Positions 7,001 to 14,798 of a stretch of 23,250 nt of DNA are shown piece after piece; the stretch's first letter is position 1; every line of letters begins with the position of its first letter. Source of the stretch: Candidatus Sericytochromatia bacterium (GTDB lineage Bacteria > Cyanobacteriota > Sericytochromatia > S15B-MN24 > JAQBPE01); assembly GCA_040400605.1 (NCBI GenBank), contig JBBAPZ010000024.1, positions 1 through 23,250 of the forward strand. Reading direction: 5' to 3'. The translations under genes and the position numbers were made by a program. Under the pieces are notes generated by a model. It did not search any database, was not told the origin of the DNA, and was given only the letters and a program-made list of their open reading frames with translations.

Positions 7001-10000
7001 ATGGCGATCTACAGCATAGAAGATCTTCGCAGGGCAGTACCGCCCGACATGAGGGACTTGCCTGACGATGCTCTTCTGCGCGACTACGGTCGCCGCATAG
7101 GCAAGTCCTTTGAAGAAACAGCAGATTACTTCGGCCTAAAGCCTCGTGGCACTCTCGCTGAGATGGGGCGGCAGGCTGTTGGTGGCCTTGTTGTTGACTT
7201 GCCTAAGATGGCTGGTCAGGCTCTGGAGTACACAGGCTTGGCTCCCGAGTATGGCCGGGAGATGGCTCGCGCTGCTAAAGCTCGTGCGCCTCAATACGAA
7301 CCCGATATGCGGGGTCGTGGGCTTCTTGGCGAAGCTGGTGTCCTTGGTGCCCGTGCGCTCGCCCCTGTCGGTGCAACGCTCCCCTTGGCGTTCGTGCCCG
7401 GCGGTCAGTTTGCTGCTCCTGCAGCCGCCGCTACGCTGTTCGGCACTTCTGCTGCCCAAGAGACCTACGATAAGCTCCTCGCACAGGGTGCGTCTGAAGA
7501 AGATGCCGCTGCAGCCGCTCGTCGTGTTGGCCTAGTTCAAGGTCCGCTCGAAGGCGTTGCCTCTGCTGTTGGTCTGCGGGCAGTTCGCCCGCTAGCTACT
7601 GCCTTGCGCGGTGCTCCTCGTACTACTGCAGGGGTTGCTGGTGCTTTGACCGATACCGCCGTTCTTCGCCCTCTCGCAAAGGGCATGGGCGTCAACCTCG
7701 CCGTGCAGCCTTCTACTGAGGTGGTACAGGACGTTGGCACGGAACTCATCGAGCGGTCGTACGGCGCACAGCCAGAAGACATCGGTGATATTGCCCGCCA
7801 GTCTGCGCTTGGCGGCTTCGGCCTTACCATGCTGCTCGGTCCCTTGGCCGCTGGCGCTTCAGTGTCTCGTGCTCGCCGTGCTGCCACTCTGAAAGAAGCT
7901 CTATACGGAGAAAACACTGACCCTGCAGTCCGTGCGAAGGCAATGGACCTTGTCATGGCTGAAGCGCGGCGGCAGGGCGTCGATGAGCGCAACGTAGACC
8001 AGTGGTTTGACTCTCAGCTTCAGCTTGAAGATGCACGTACCGAAGCCCTGCGGCAAGCCGAAGAGACACGGCGGAACGAAGAGCGCGTTGCGCAAATAGA
8101 TTTGCTAGGTGGTGAGGCGCAGCAGTTGGAGGGCTTGCAAACTTCGGCGTTTGGCTCCCTCTCTCAGCAGCGGGCCATAGAAGAAGGCATGGCCGGGCTT
8201 AATATCCCGCAGCCGTTCGGTTCCCTCGAAACACAGCGTACGTTTGAGCAAGATTTGACCCGCATGCGTGAGGACCGCGTGGCAAGTGCAGGGCAACAAT
8301 ACCAAGATCTCATGGGCCAGCGTGCTGCTGGTCTCATGGCGGCACAAGAAGCTGGGCAGCAGGCGCAGGAAGTCATGGCCCCGCAGGCGCGGGGACTGGA
8401 AGCCGCTGAACAAGTCGGTACCCAGTGGCAAGAGATGCAGGCGGATCGTAGGCGACAGTTGCTGGAGTTGGATGACATTGGTCAGCAATGGCAGAAGATG
8501 CAAGAGGATCTGCCTAAGCCCGTATCTGGCAGGCTAACTGCGCGGCAACGGCAAGCTCTGCGCGGGCCATCGGGCGAAGCTGCCATCCCCACTGCTCCTC
8601 GTACCTCTGCTCTACCAGAGGCGGAAGTAACCCCGCTGACTACGTTGCTTTCGCAACCCCCCGTATCATCCCCCCTACCCGCCGCCACACCAGCGCCGTC
8701 GTCTCTGCTTTCTGAGCGTCCTGCTCCTGCAGCCCCTTCTCCTGCCGTAGTCTCTCCTGTCGAGGGTACTCCATCCGGTGCTCCGCGCACCGTTAAGCCC
8801 GCTGCGCCGCAAGGTGCGGCGGGCGCTTCTTTGACAACCAAAGGAGCAGAGGTGGAAGAGGGCGACGATGCCCTATCTAAACTGCTGGCTGACGTAGATG
8901 TAGCTCCGCTTAAAGGCGAGAACATTCTCAGCGCTGCAGTGCAAGGTAAGGCGGGCATCAAGCCACCGGGGCGTGTGTCGTTGAGCCTGGAGACTCTGCG
9001 CAACATTCGCAACTCGCTCATCGACCAGAAGAAGCCTAAGTCGGAGCAAGAAAGTCGCATTGTCTCCGCAGTCAATGCGTTCACCGAAGCGTACAAGGTG
9101 TATCTCGACAAGGGGGGCACCGCCCGTACGCTCATCGGCACCACAGAAAAAGCAGAGATGGCTCGCATCAAGCGGCCTGACGCAGTTGGGCAAGAGCTTT
9201 CAAGGCTGGAGTTGTACGCAAACAACGTACAGCAGACTCTCACTGAACTAGGGCGTGCTGTTGGCGGTAACGCAAAGGACGTTGAAGCTATCGTCCGCCT
9301 TGTTAAGGACATGGCGCAGGGGCGCATTGTGGCTCCTCGCAAGACACGCAGCGAGGTTATCCAGGCTGGTAGGAAACTGGATACGATGCTGTCTCAGGCA
9401 TGGGCTGCTGCGAAGTCTGAGGCATTCCGCGTTGCAGGAGAAGCAGATCTGGCGTATGTGAGGCCGGGGGAATCTCGCGTCGCTAAGGAACAGGAAGGCA
9501 AGCCCTCTCCTCTTGAGCTTGCGGTAAGCGAAGGCGTCAAGGTTGGCAAGAGCGACCGTGTTGCTAAAGGCGTTGCAGGTGCTCTGCAGCATCTGATCAA
9601 CAGTGGCACTCCGTTCGAGCGGATGCTTGGTACGGTCCTGCGCGACACGCTCGAAGATCAGGACAGCCCAGTCAAGATCAAGTTCATCACCAAGGGCAAT
9701 TCCAACTACGACCCCAAGACCGACACCATAAACCTGCGCAAAGACGCTTCTCCTGAAGTCCAACTTCATGAGATCTTGCACGCAGCGCTGCAGTCGTTCG
9801 TCTACAACAACCCAAGAGACCCGGCTGTACTTCAGCTAAAGAAGTCACTCAAGCAAGTGCTTTCGTACAAGGGGGAACTTTCTCCCAAAGCCAAAGAAGT
9901 GCAAGTTTTGCTGCAGCGGCTTGTCAGCGAGAAGAACGAACTCGACGCGGTACTTGAGCTGATCTCTTACAACGCCACGCTCAATGAGTTCCGCAGGGCT

Positions 10001-13000
10001 ATGCAAGCCATGCCGTCCAAGGGTGTGCCTGCGGCTTTCAGGGTTTCCGTAAGCAAGCTCTGGAACGCCATCAAGACCATGCTGCGTCGCATGCTTGGTG
10101 TCAAAGACTCACTTGCTTCTGACATTCTCGATTCTTCTGTTGACCTCCTTGAGCGGTCGCGCAAAGGTACTGGGACTCGTGGGCAAGGCAATGTGCTGGA
10201 AGCGACAGTTACCTCTGACACCGCTATTCCCAGCAAAGAATCTGATGCACTGACGCCGCAGTTTCAGAACCCGCTGACCAATGAGCAGTACAAGAAGCTG
10301 AGCAAGACTCTGTTGCCTGAGTTGGTGTCGTCAAAGTTCCTCTTCGACATGCTTGGCTGGGCCAAGGTACCCGGCAAGGTGGAGGGCGTGGCGCAGAAGA
10401 TCACTGACTTCGTCGAGAAAAACAGCCCTGGCGCGTCTAAGGTTGCATCGTGGTTCAACACTCACTTCGGCTTGCAGTCTGGTGTGGTTGACACCCTGGT
10501 GCAGGGGAAAGATGACCGTCGCGGTGGCTCGATGATTTACGAGCAGATCGCCAAGTACTTCACTGACTTGCCCCCGCTGCGGTCTGTGCCGGTCCTTGAG
10601 TACATGGACAACCGACTCGCGTTTCTGCGCAAGCAAAGTGCTGAGCCTGCATTCCCTGGCACGGATATGCGCCTCAAAGACCTTGCAGACGCAACCATCG
10701 ACAAGTGGTGGGAGTACGCCAAAGCTCTGCGTGACCCTCGCCAGCGGGACAGCTACGCTGGCATTGAGCGGGACGGGCGCTGGACTGGTGGCGTTAAGTT
10801 TTCTCAGGGGCTGGCGTTCGCGGAGTCTGTTGACCAGATTGCGAGTCCGTCGTTCGGTGTGCGTAACATCAGCAAGTTGATCTCTACGCGCACCAAGGAT
10901 GAAGTCAACGAAGACGCCATCGCTTTCCGCAAGGATGCCAATGGAGATGCGGTCCTAACCGATCAGTTTGTCGGGCTGATCAAAGTTACGCCTGCGCTGA
11001 AGCAACGTCTCAATGCTGCCAAGACAGACGCAGAGGTGTCGCAGATTTTTGCTGAACTAAAGCCTGATGAATTTATCTCGGCTGAGCTAGTTGCTGAAGA
11101 CGGCAAGCCTATGTATGACAAAAACGGCGTGGAGCTGGCTCCCGACCGCAACTACCTGTGGGACTTGAAAGAGAAGGCCAAGGGCGGCTATAAGTTCACT
11201 GCACGCCTCGACGCTAAGCAGGCACTGATGACCAAGAAAGGTCAGGATCTGGGCTACGCGCTTCAGAACACGATGTCTATCTTGGCTGGCAGCTACTCTT
11301 CCAATCGGCTCACTGAAGCTCTTGCAGCCTACGAGCAAGGCACGCCCAACGCAGTGGCGTTCAATTCGCTGGATGACCTCAACGCCATGCTCAATGGTGA
11401 GTACAAGGGCAACAAGTTCGAGCCCAATACCAGCGCCGCGTCGTGGACCACTCGCGTTAAGCAGGATCAGATTGTCAAGCTTAGCGATAGCGAAGCCAAG
11501 TCTGAGACCGTTAAGGGCTTGTACCGCAATCGGCATCAATGGGTGCAGTTGCCGAAGGGACCGACGTATGGTGCTCTGGCAGGCAAAATCGTCAATGGCT
11601 CTGTGTGGAGTGCCATCGAAGATATGAGCGACCGCAGGCCGCTTGTGAACAGTCGTGCATACAACAACGTAATGCGCTGGTTCAAAAAGTCCAAGACGGT
11701 GTACAACCCTGCAACGTGGGGCACCAACGTCGCATCCAACTTCACGATGTCGATGCTGGACGACATCCCCCTGCCGACCATTGGGTACGCAGCGAAGCTG
11801 TACGTGGGCTACATGCTGCCCCCGGCTATGTCCGCCAAGCTTGGCATCGCACTAACTCGTGAACAGCAGCAGTTGATGCTGGAGATCATGAAGACGAACG
11901 CCCTGCTGGGTGACTTCTCGTCCAACGAACTCAAGCAGTCCATCTACGACTCGATGCGCAGCACCGTTGGTGACTCCGAGCAGAGCGTAGCTGAGCGCGT
12001 CATGCAGTTCATGAAGATGGAGAAAGACCGCATCGAGTCTATCCAGAAGATGGCTGGCAAGGGTAAGGACGCCGCTGAGAAAGCAGATCAGCTTGCCGCC
12101 GACTGGTACTCGATGCAGGACAACATCTTCCGTGTTGCCTCGATGCTCAACAACCTCGGCCAGCAGGCTGCTGCAGGGAAGACAATCGACGCCGAAGCCT
12201 ACAGGCTTGCTGGTGATCATGCGCGATTTGCGTTCTTGGATTACGACATCGACTCCAAGGCTATCCGTGTCATGCGGCAGACTGCGTTCCCGTTCATCTC
12301 GTGGCCTTACGCCGCTGCTAAGCTCATCGGCAGGATTGCTGTTCACAAGCCATGGAAGCTGGTCAATCTGTACGCAGGCTATTGGATGCTGGATGCCATG
12401 CTGCAGGCTCTCACAGGAGATGACGACGATGAGTTGCGCACCGCTGGGCCAGAGTGGGCTCGTGACAAACTTCTATTCGGACTTGGCCCACATACCCACG
12501 TCCGCGTGCCGTTCCTCGGCGACAGCGAAAACCCCGTGTACTACGGACTCGGCAAGTACGTCATCCCCAGCAGTTTTGGTGAGCGTGTCCCTAACGGGTT
12601 CCTTGGGCAAAGCTGGTGGCCCTCATTCGTGTCCCCCGGCGGACCCTTCATCTCCGCAGCGGTTGGTCTCGTTGGTGGCGTAGACCCGTACAACGGCAAA
12701 GCTCTGTCGCCCCCTGTTGCCGATGACTGGGAAAAGCTCACTGCAAGATTGGCGTACGCGCAGAGCCTGTTCGCCCCCAACCTGCCGTTCCTCAACGCAC
12801 GGGAGTTCGAGCGTGCCAAAGAGGCGATGACTGCAACTACAGACCGCAGCGAGAACTACAGCAGTCTATACATGGCTCGCCTTGCTGGCATGCGGTTCTA
12901 TGACTTCAACGTGCAGGGGTCACTGGACGCGCAAGATCGTGCGGCCAAGGCTGTCGAGCGTGACTACAAGACTGAGATCGGCAAGATCCGCCGCAAGATG

Positions 13001-13111
13001 GAACGGCACGAAAATCCTGACTGGGATGCGTTCTATGAGCGTGAGGCTGAATTAGTCAAGCGTATGGAAGAGCGTATTGCTAAGATACGCAGTACTGCAA
13101 CTGAGGAGTGA
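7001..13111 (+). CDS. Giant internal virion / large polyvalent protein (2036 aa) with a zincin-like HExxH metallopeptidase motif
   Basis: GGAG RBS before ATG 7001. N-terminal hydrophobic Ala/Gly segments; 'NYDPKTDTINL...LHEILHA'; C-terminal 'FLDYD...RQTAFPFISWPY' resembling the C-termini of large polyvalent (LPD38-type) proteins. Confidence 0.75.
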   Translation: MAIYSIEDLRRAVPPDMRDLPDDALLRDYGRRIGKSFEETADYFGLKPRGTLAEMGRQAVGGLVVDLPKMAGQALEYTGLAPEYGREMARAAKARAPQYEPDMRGRGLLGEAGVLGARALAPVGATLPLAFVPGGQFAAPAAAATLFGTSAAQETYDKLLAQGASEEDAAAAARRVGLVQGPLEGVASAVGLRAVRPLATALRGAPRTTAGVAGALTDTAVLRPLAKGMGVNLAVQPSTEVVQDVGTELIERSYGAQPEDIGDIARQSALGGFGLTMLLGPLAAGASVSRARRAATLKEALYGENTDPAVRAKAMDLVMAEARRQGVDERNVDQWFDSQLQLEDARTEALRQAEETRRNEERVAQIDLLGGEAQQLEGLQTSAFGSLSQQRAIEEGMAGLNIPQPFGSLETQRTFEQDLTRMREDRVASAGQQYQDLMGQRAAGLMAAQEAGQQAQEVMAPQARGLEAAEQVGTQWQEMQADRRRQLLELDDIGQQWQKMQEDLPKPVSGRLTARQRQALRGPSGEAAIPTAPRTSALPEAEVTPLTTLLSQPPVSSPLPAATPAPSSLLSERPAPAAPSPAVVSPVEGTPSGAPRTVKPAAPQGAAGASLTTKGAEVEEGDDALSKLLADVDVAPLKGENILSAAVQGKAGIKPPGRVSLSLETLRNIRNSLIDQKKPKSEQESRIVSAVNAFTEAYKVYLDKGGTARTLIGTTEKAEMARIKRPDAVGQELSRLELYANNVQQTLTELGRAVGGNAKDVEAIVRLVKDMAQGRIVAPRKTRSEVIQAGRKLDTMLSQAWAAAKSEAFRVAGEADLAYVRPGESRVAKEQEGKPSPLELAVSEGVKVGKSDRVAKGVAGALQHLINSGTPFERMLGTVLRDTLEDQDSPVKIKFITKGNSNYDPKTDTINLRKDASPEVQLHEILHAALQSFVYNNPRDPAVLQLKKSLKQVLSYKGELSPKAKEVQVLLQRLVSEKNELDAVLELISYNATLNEFRRAMQAMPSKGVPAAFRVSVSKLWNAIKTMLRRMLGVKDSLASDILDSSVDLLERSRKGTGTRGQGNVLEATVTSDTAIPSKESDALTPQFQNPLTNEQYKKLSKTLLPELVSSKFLFDMLGWAKVPGKVEGVAQKITDFVEKNSPGASKVASWFNTHFGLQSGVVDTLVQGKDDRRGGSMIYEQIAKYFTDLPPLRSVPVLEYMDNRLAFLRKQSAEPAFPGTDMRLKDLADATIDKWWEYAKALRDPRQRDSYAGIERDGRWTGGVKFSQGLAFAESVDQIASPSFGVRNISKLISTRTKDEVNEDAIAFRKDANGDAVLTDQFVGLIKVTPALKQRLNAAKTDAEVSQIFAELKPDEFISAELVAEDGKPMYDKNGVELAPDRNYLWDLKEKAKGGYKFTARLDAKQALMTKKGQDLGYALQNTMSILAGSYSSNRLTEALAAYEQGTPNAVAFNSLDDLNAMLNGEYKGNKFEPNTSAASWTTRVKQDQIVKLSDSEAKSETVKGLYRNRHQWVQLPKGPTYGALAGKIVNGSVWSAIEDMSDRRPLVNSRAYNNVMRWFKKSKTVYNPATWGTNVASNFTMSMLDDIPLPTIGYAAKLYVGYMLPPAMSAKLGIALTREQQQLMLEIMKTNALLGDFSSNELKQSIYDSMRSTVGDSEQSVAERVMQFMKMEKDRIESIQKMAGKGKDAAEKADQLAADWYSMQDNIFRVASMLNNLGQQAAAGKTIDAEAYRLAGDHARFAFLDYDIDSKAIRVMRQTAFPFISWPYAAAKLIGRIAVHKPWKLVNLYAGYWMLDAMLQALTGDDDDELRTAGPEWARDKLLFGLGPHTHVRVPFLGDSENPVYYGLGKYVIPSSFGERVPNGFLGQSWWPSFVSPGGPFISAAVGLVGGVDPYNGKALSPPVADDWEKLTARLAYAQSLFAPNLPFLNAREFERAKEAMTATTDRSENYSSLYMARLAGMRFYDFNVQGSLDAQDRAAKAVERDYKTEIGKIRRKMERHENPDWDAFYEREAELVKRMEERIAKIRSTATEE
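8288..8509 (+). repeat. Degenerate 63-bp (21-aa) tandem repeat, about 3.5 copies, inside the giant protein
   Basis: Units start at 8288, 8351, 8414 and 8477: AGQQYQDLM, AGQQAQEVM, VGTQWQEMQ, IGQQWQKMQ. Confidence 0.7.
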
Positions 13112-13113
13112 AC

Positions 13114-13395
13114 ATGGCAAAAGATCCACGGCTCGAAAGAGCAGGTGTGTCTGGGTTTAACCAACCCAAGCGCACGCCGTCGCACCCCACCAAGAGCCAC
13201 GTCGTCGTGGCTAAGTCTGGTGATCAGGTTAAGACCATTCGCTTCGGCCAGCAGGGCGTATCTGGCTCCCCCAAGAAGGAAGGCGAGTCTGAAGCGTACA
13301 AGAATCGTCGTGAGTCATTCAAGGCACGTCATGCAGGCAATATCGCGAAGGGCAAGATGTCTGCAGCGTATTGGGCAGATAAGGTGAAGTGGTAA
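13114..13395 (+). CDS. Small basic conserved viral protein (93 aa)
   Basis: GAGGAG RBS before ATG 13114. 'KSHVVVAK.G..VKTIRFGQQG...RRESFKARH...SAAYWADKVKW' is a pattern I recall from uncharacterised viral proteins. Confidence 0.75.
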   Translation: MAKDPRLERAGVSGFNQPKRTPSHPTKSHVVVAKSGDQVKTIRFGQQGVSGSPKKEGESEAYKNRRESFKARHAGNIAKGKMSAAYWADKVKW

Positions 13396-13580
13396 TGGCT
13401 ACCAAGCCCAAGTCCCGCGTCAATGAGGCGGGCGTCTACACCAAGCCCGGTATGCGCAAGGCGCTGTTCGAGTCGATCAAAGCTGGCACCAAGGGTGGCG
13501 ATCCCGGCGAATGGTCTGCACGCAAAGCGCAGCTATTGGCGAAACAGTACAAGAGCAAGGGCGGAGGCTACAAGTCATGA
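13395..13580 (+). CDS. Small basic protein (61 aa), N-terminal half of a DUF5872-like family
   Basis: TAATG overlap. Motif 'YTKPGMRK.L...IKAG.KGG.PGEWSARKAQLLAKQYK.KGGGY'. Confidence 0.7.
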   Translation: MATKPKSRVNEAGVYTKPGMRKALFESIKAGTKGGDPGEWSARKAQLLAKQYKSKGGGYKS

Positions 13581-13807
13581 AAGACCCACAGCAGTCGCTC
13601 AAGCAATGGACAGCCCAGAAGTGGCGCACCTCAGACAGCACACCGTCTGAGGGCAAGAAGCGCTACTTACCCGACGCCGCATGGAACTCGCTCAGCCCTG
13701 CCGAGAAGGCAGCGACGAACAGAGCCAAGGCACGCGGCAATGCGAAGGGCAAACAGTTCGTAGCTCAGCCCAAGAAGATCGCTGCGAAGACCGCTAAACA
13801 CCGTTAA
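13577..13807 (+). CDS. Small basic protein (76 aa), C-terminal half of a DUF5872-like family
   Basis: ATGA overlap with a GGAGG RBS upstream. Motif 'QQSLKQWTAQKWRT...RYLPDAAW..LS..EK.ATN..K..G...GKQFVAQP'. Confidence 0.7.
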   Translation: MKDPQQSLKQWTAQKWRTSDSTPSEGKKRYLPDAAWNSLSPAEKAATNRAKARGNAKGKQFVAQPKKIAAKTAKHR

Positions 13808-13820
13808 CCAAGGAGGTTCT

Positions 13821-13988
13821 ATGTACGGTAAGAAGTCGATGATGATGCCCTTCAAAGGCAAAGAGTCCAAGAAGGAAGAGATGAAAGAGATGAAAGAGAT
13901 GAAGATGGCAGGCGGCAAGAAAGCCTACATGAAGATGGAGAAGGCCGAAGGCGGCAAGTCCACCTCCATGAAGAAAGGCAAGAAATGA
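13821..13988 (+). CDS. Lys/Met-rich microprotein, 55 aa (not in ORF track)
   Basis: Perfect AAGGAGGT RBS. Translated by hand: MYGKKSMMMPFKGKESKKEEMKEMKEMKMAGGKKAYMKMEKAEGGKSTSMKKGKK. Confidence 0.8.
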   Translation: MYGKKSMMMPFKGKESKKEEMKEMKEMKMAGGKKAYMKMEKAEGGKSTSMKKGKK

Positions 13989-14077
13989 AAAAAGCCATCC
14001 CAATCAAGCCGTGCCCTGGGTGCCCGACGCCTGCCAAGTGCAAAGCTGCGGGTAAGTGCCTTAAGAAGGGCAAGTGA
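13985..14077 (+). CDS. Cys4 Lys-rich microprotein, 30 aa (not in ORF track)
   Basis: ATGA overlap upstream and TGATG overlap downstream. Sequence: MKKAIPIKPCPGCPTPAKCKAAGKCLKKGK. Confidence 0.7.
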   Translation: MKKAIPIKPCPGCPTPAKCKAAGKCLKKGK

Positions 14078-14232
14078 TGCCGTTCAAGTCCGAGAAACAG
14101 GCTAACCTGATGCGGGCTGCAATGCATGACCCCGCCTTCGCAAAGAAGGTTGGGGTCAGCAAGAAGGTCGCTACTAAGTTTGTCCGTGAGGACCAGAAGG
14201 CTAAGGGCGTTAAGCCCAAGCCGAAGAAGTGA
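14077..14232 (+). CDS. Lys-rich microprotein, 51 aa (not in ORF track)
   Basis: TGATG overlap. Sequence: MPFKSEKQANLMRAAMHDPAFAKKVGVSKKVATKFVREDQKAKGVKPKPKK. It fills the gap exactly up to the convergent gene. Confidence 0.75.
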   Translation: MPFKSEKQANLMRAAMHDPAFAKKVGVSKKVATKFVREDQKAKGVKPKPKK

Positions 14233-14484
14233 TCACTTCATCCGTGCGCCACGAGTGCGCGGAAACGAGCGATTAGACTTGGCGGGAACTGCACGAAGGT
14301 TCCCCGCTCCATTGCCGCCTCCCTTGGAGATCGGCGTACGGTGATCGACATCCATGCCATCACCCTTACTGACTACACCCTTCTTCATCATGTCAGAGCG
14401 TGCAGCGTTGCGCTTTGCTCTGTTGGCGATCTGCTCGGGCTTGCCCTGATAGCGGTCGTATTCGGCGCGGTAGTTGCGTGCCAT
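14233..14484 (-). CDS. Small HNH endonuclease-family protein
   Basis: 'DVDHRTPISKGG.N...NLRAV....NR' motif. AAGGAG RBS before the ATG at 14484. Confidence 0.85.
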   Translation of the reverse strand: MARNYRAEYDRYQGKPEQIANRAKRNAARSDMMKKGVVSKGDGMDVDHRTPISKGGGNGAGNLRAVPAKSNRSFPRTRGARMK

Positions 14485-14486
14485 GA

Positions 14487-14798
14487 TCACTCCTTCACGA
14501 ATGTACCATCGGGCAAAGTTGTGCCCTTGCGGTCTTTGATCTGCTCGTAAGCATGCGTCATGCAGCGCACAATGTCAATATCATGCAGAGCGCAGTAGTT
14601 GACCAGACACACCATGATGTCCCCGACTGCGTCGATGCGACCCTCAGCATCGTTCTTCAGCTCTGCATCTGCCAGCTCGCCCATCTCACTGAGCGCCTTG
14701 AGTAGCTGCGCGTGCGGCTTTCCATACGGCACTATGCGCCGAGCCTCGGCCCAGCGGATTATGTCTGTCTCTACGCCACGATAACTTGTGTACTTCAT
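14487..14798 (-). CDS. MazG-like nucleotide pyrophosphohydrolase
   Basis: 'QLLKALSEMGELADA...IDAVGDIMVCL' (ExxE...DxxxD) and C-terminal 'AYEQIKDRKG...GTFVKE'. Confidence 0.85.
   Translation of the reverse strand: MKYTSYRGVETDIIRWAEARRIVPYGKPHAQLLKALSEMGELADAELKNDAEGRIDAVGDIMVCLVNYCALHDIDIVRCMTHAYEQIKDRKGTTLPDGTFVKE

Noticed and set aside
14233..14484. HNH gene as a mobile homing element or intron ORF
   Set aside because: It is very short, free-standing, coupled to the MazG-like gene, and interrupts no gene.
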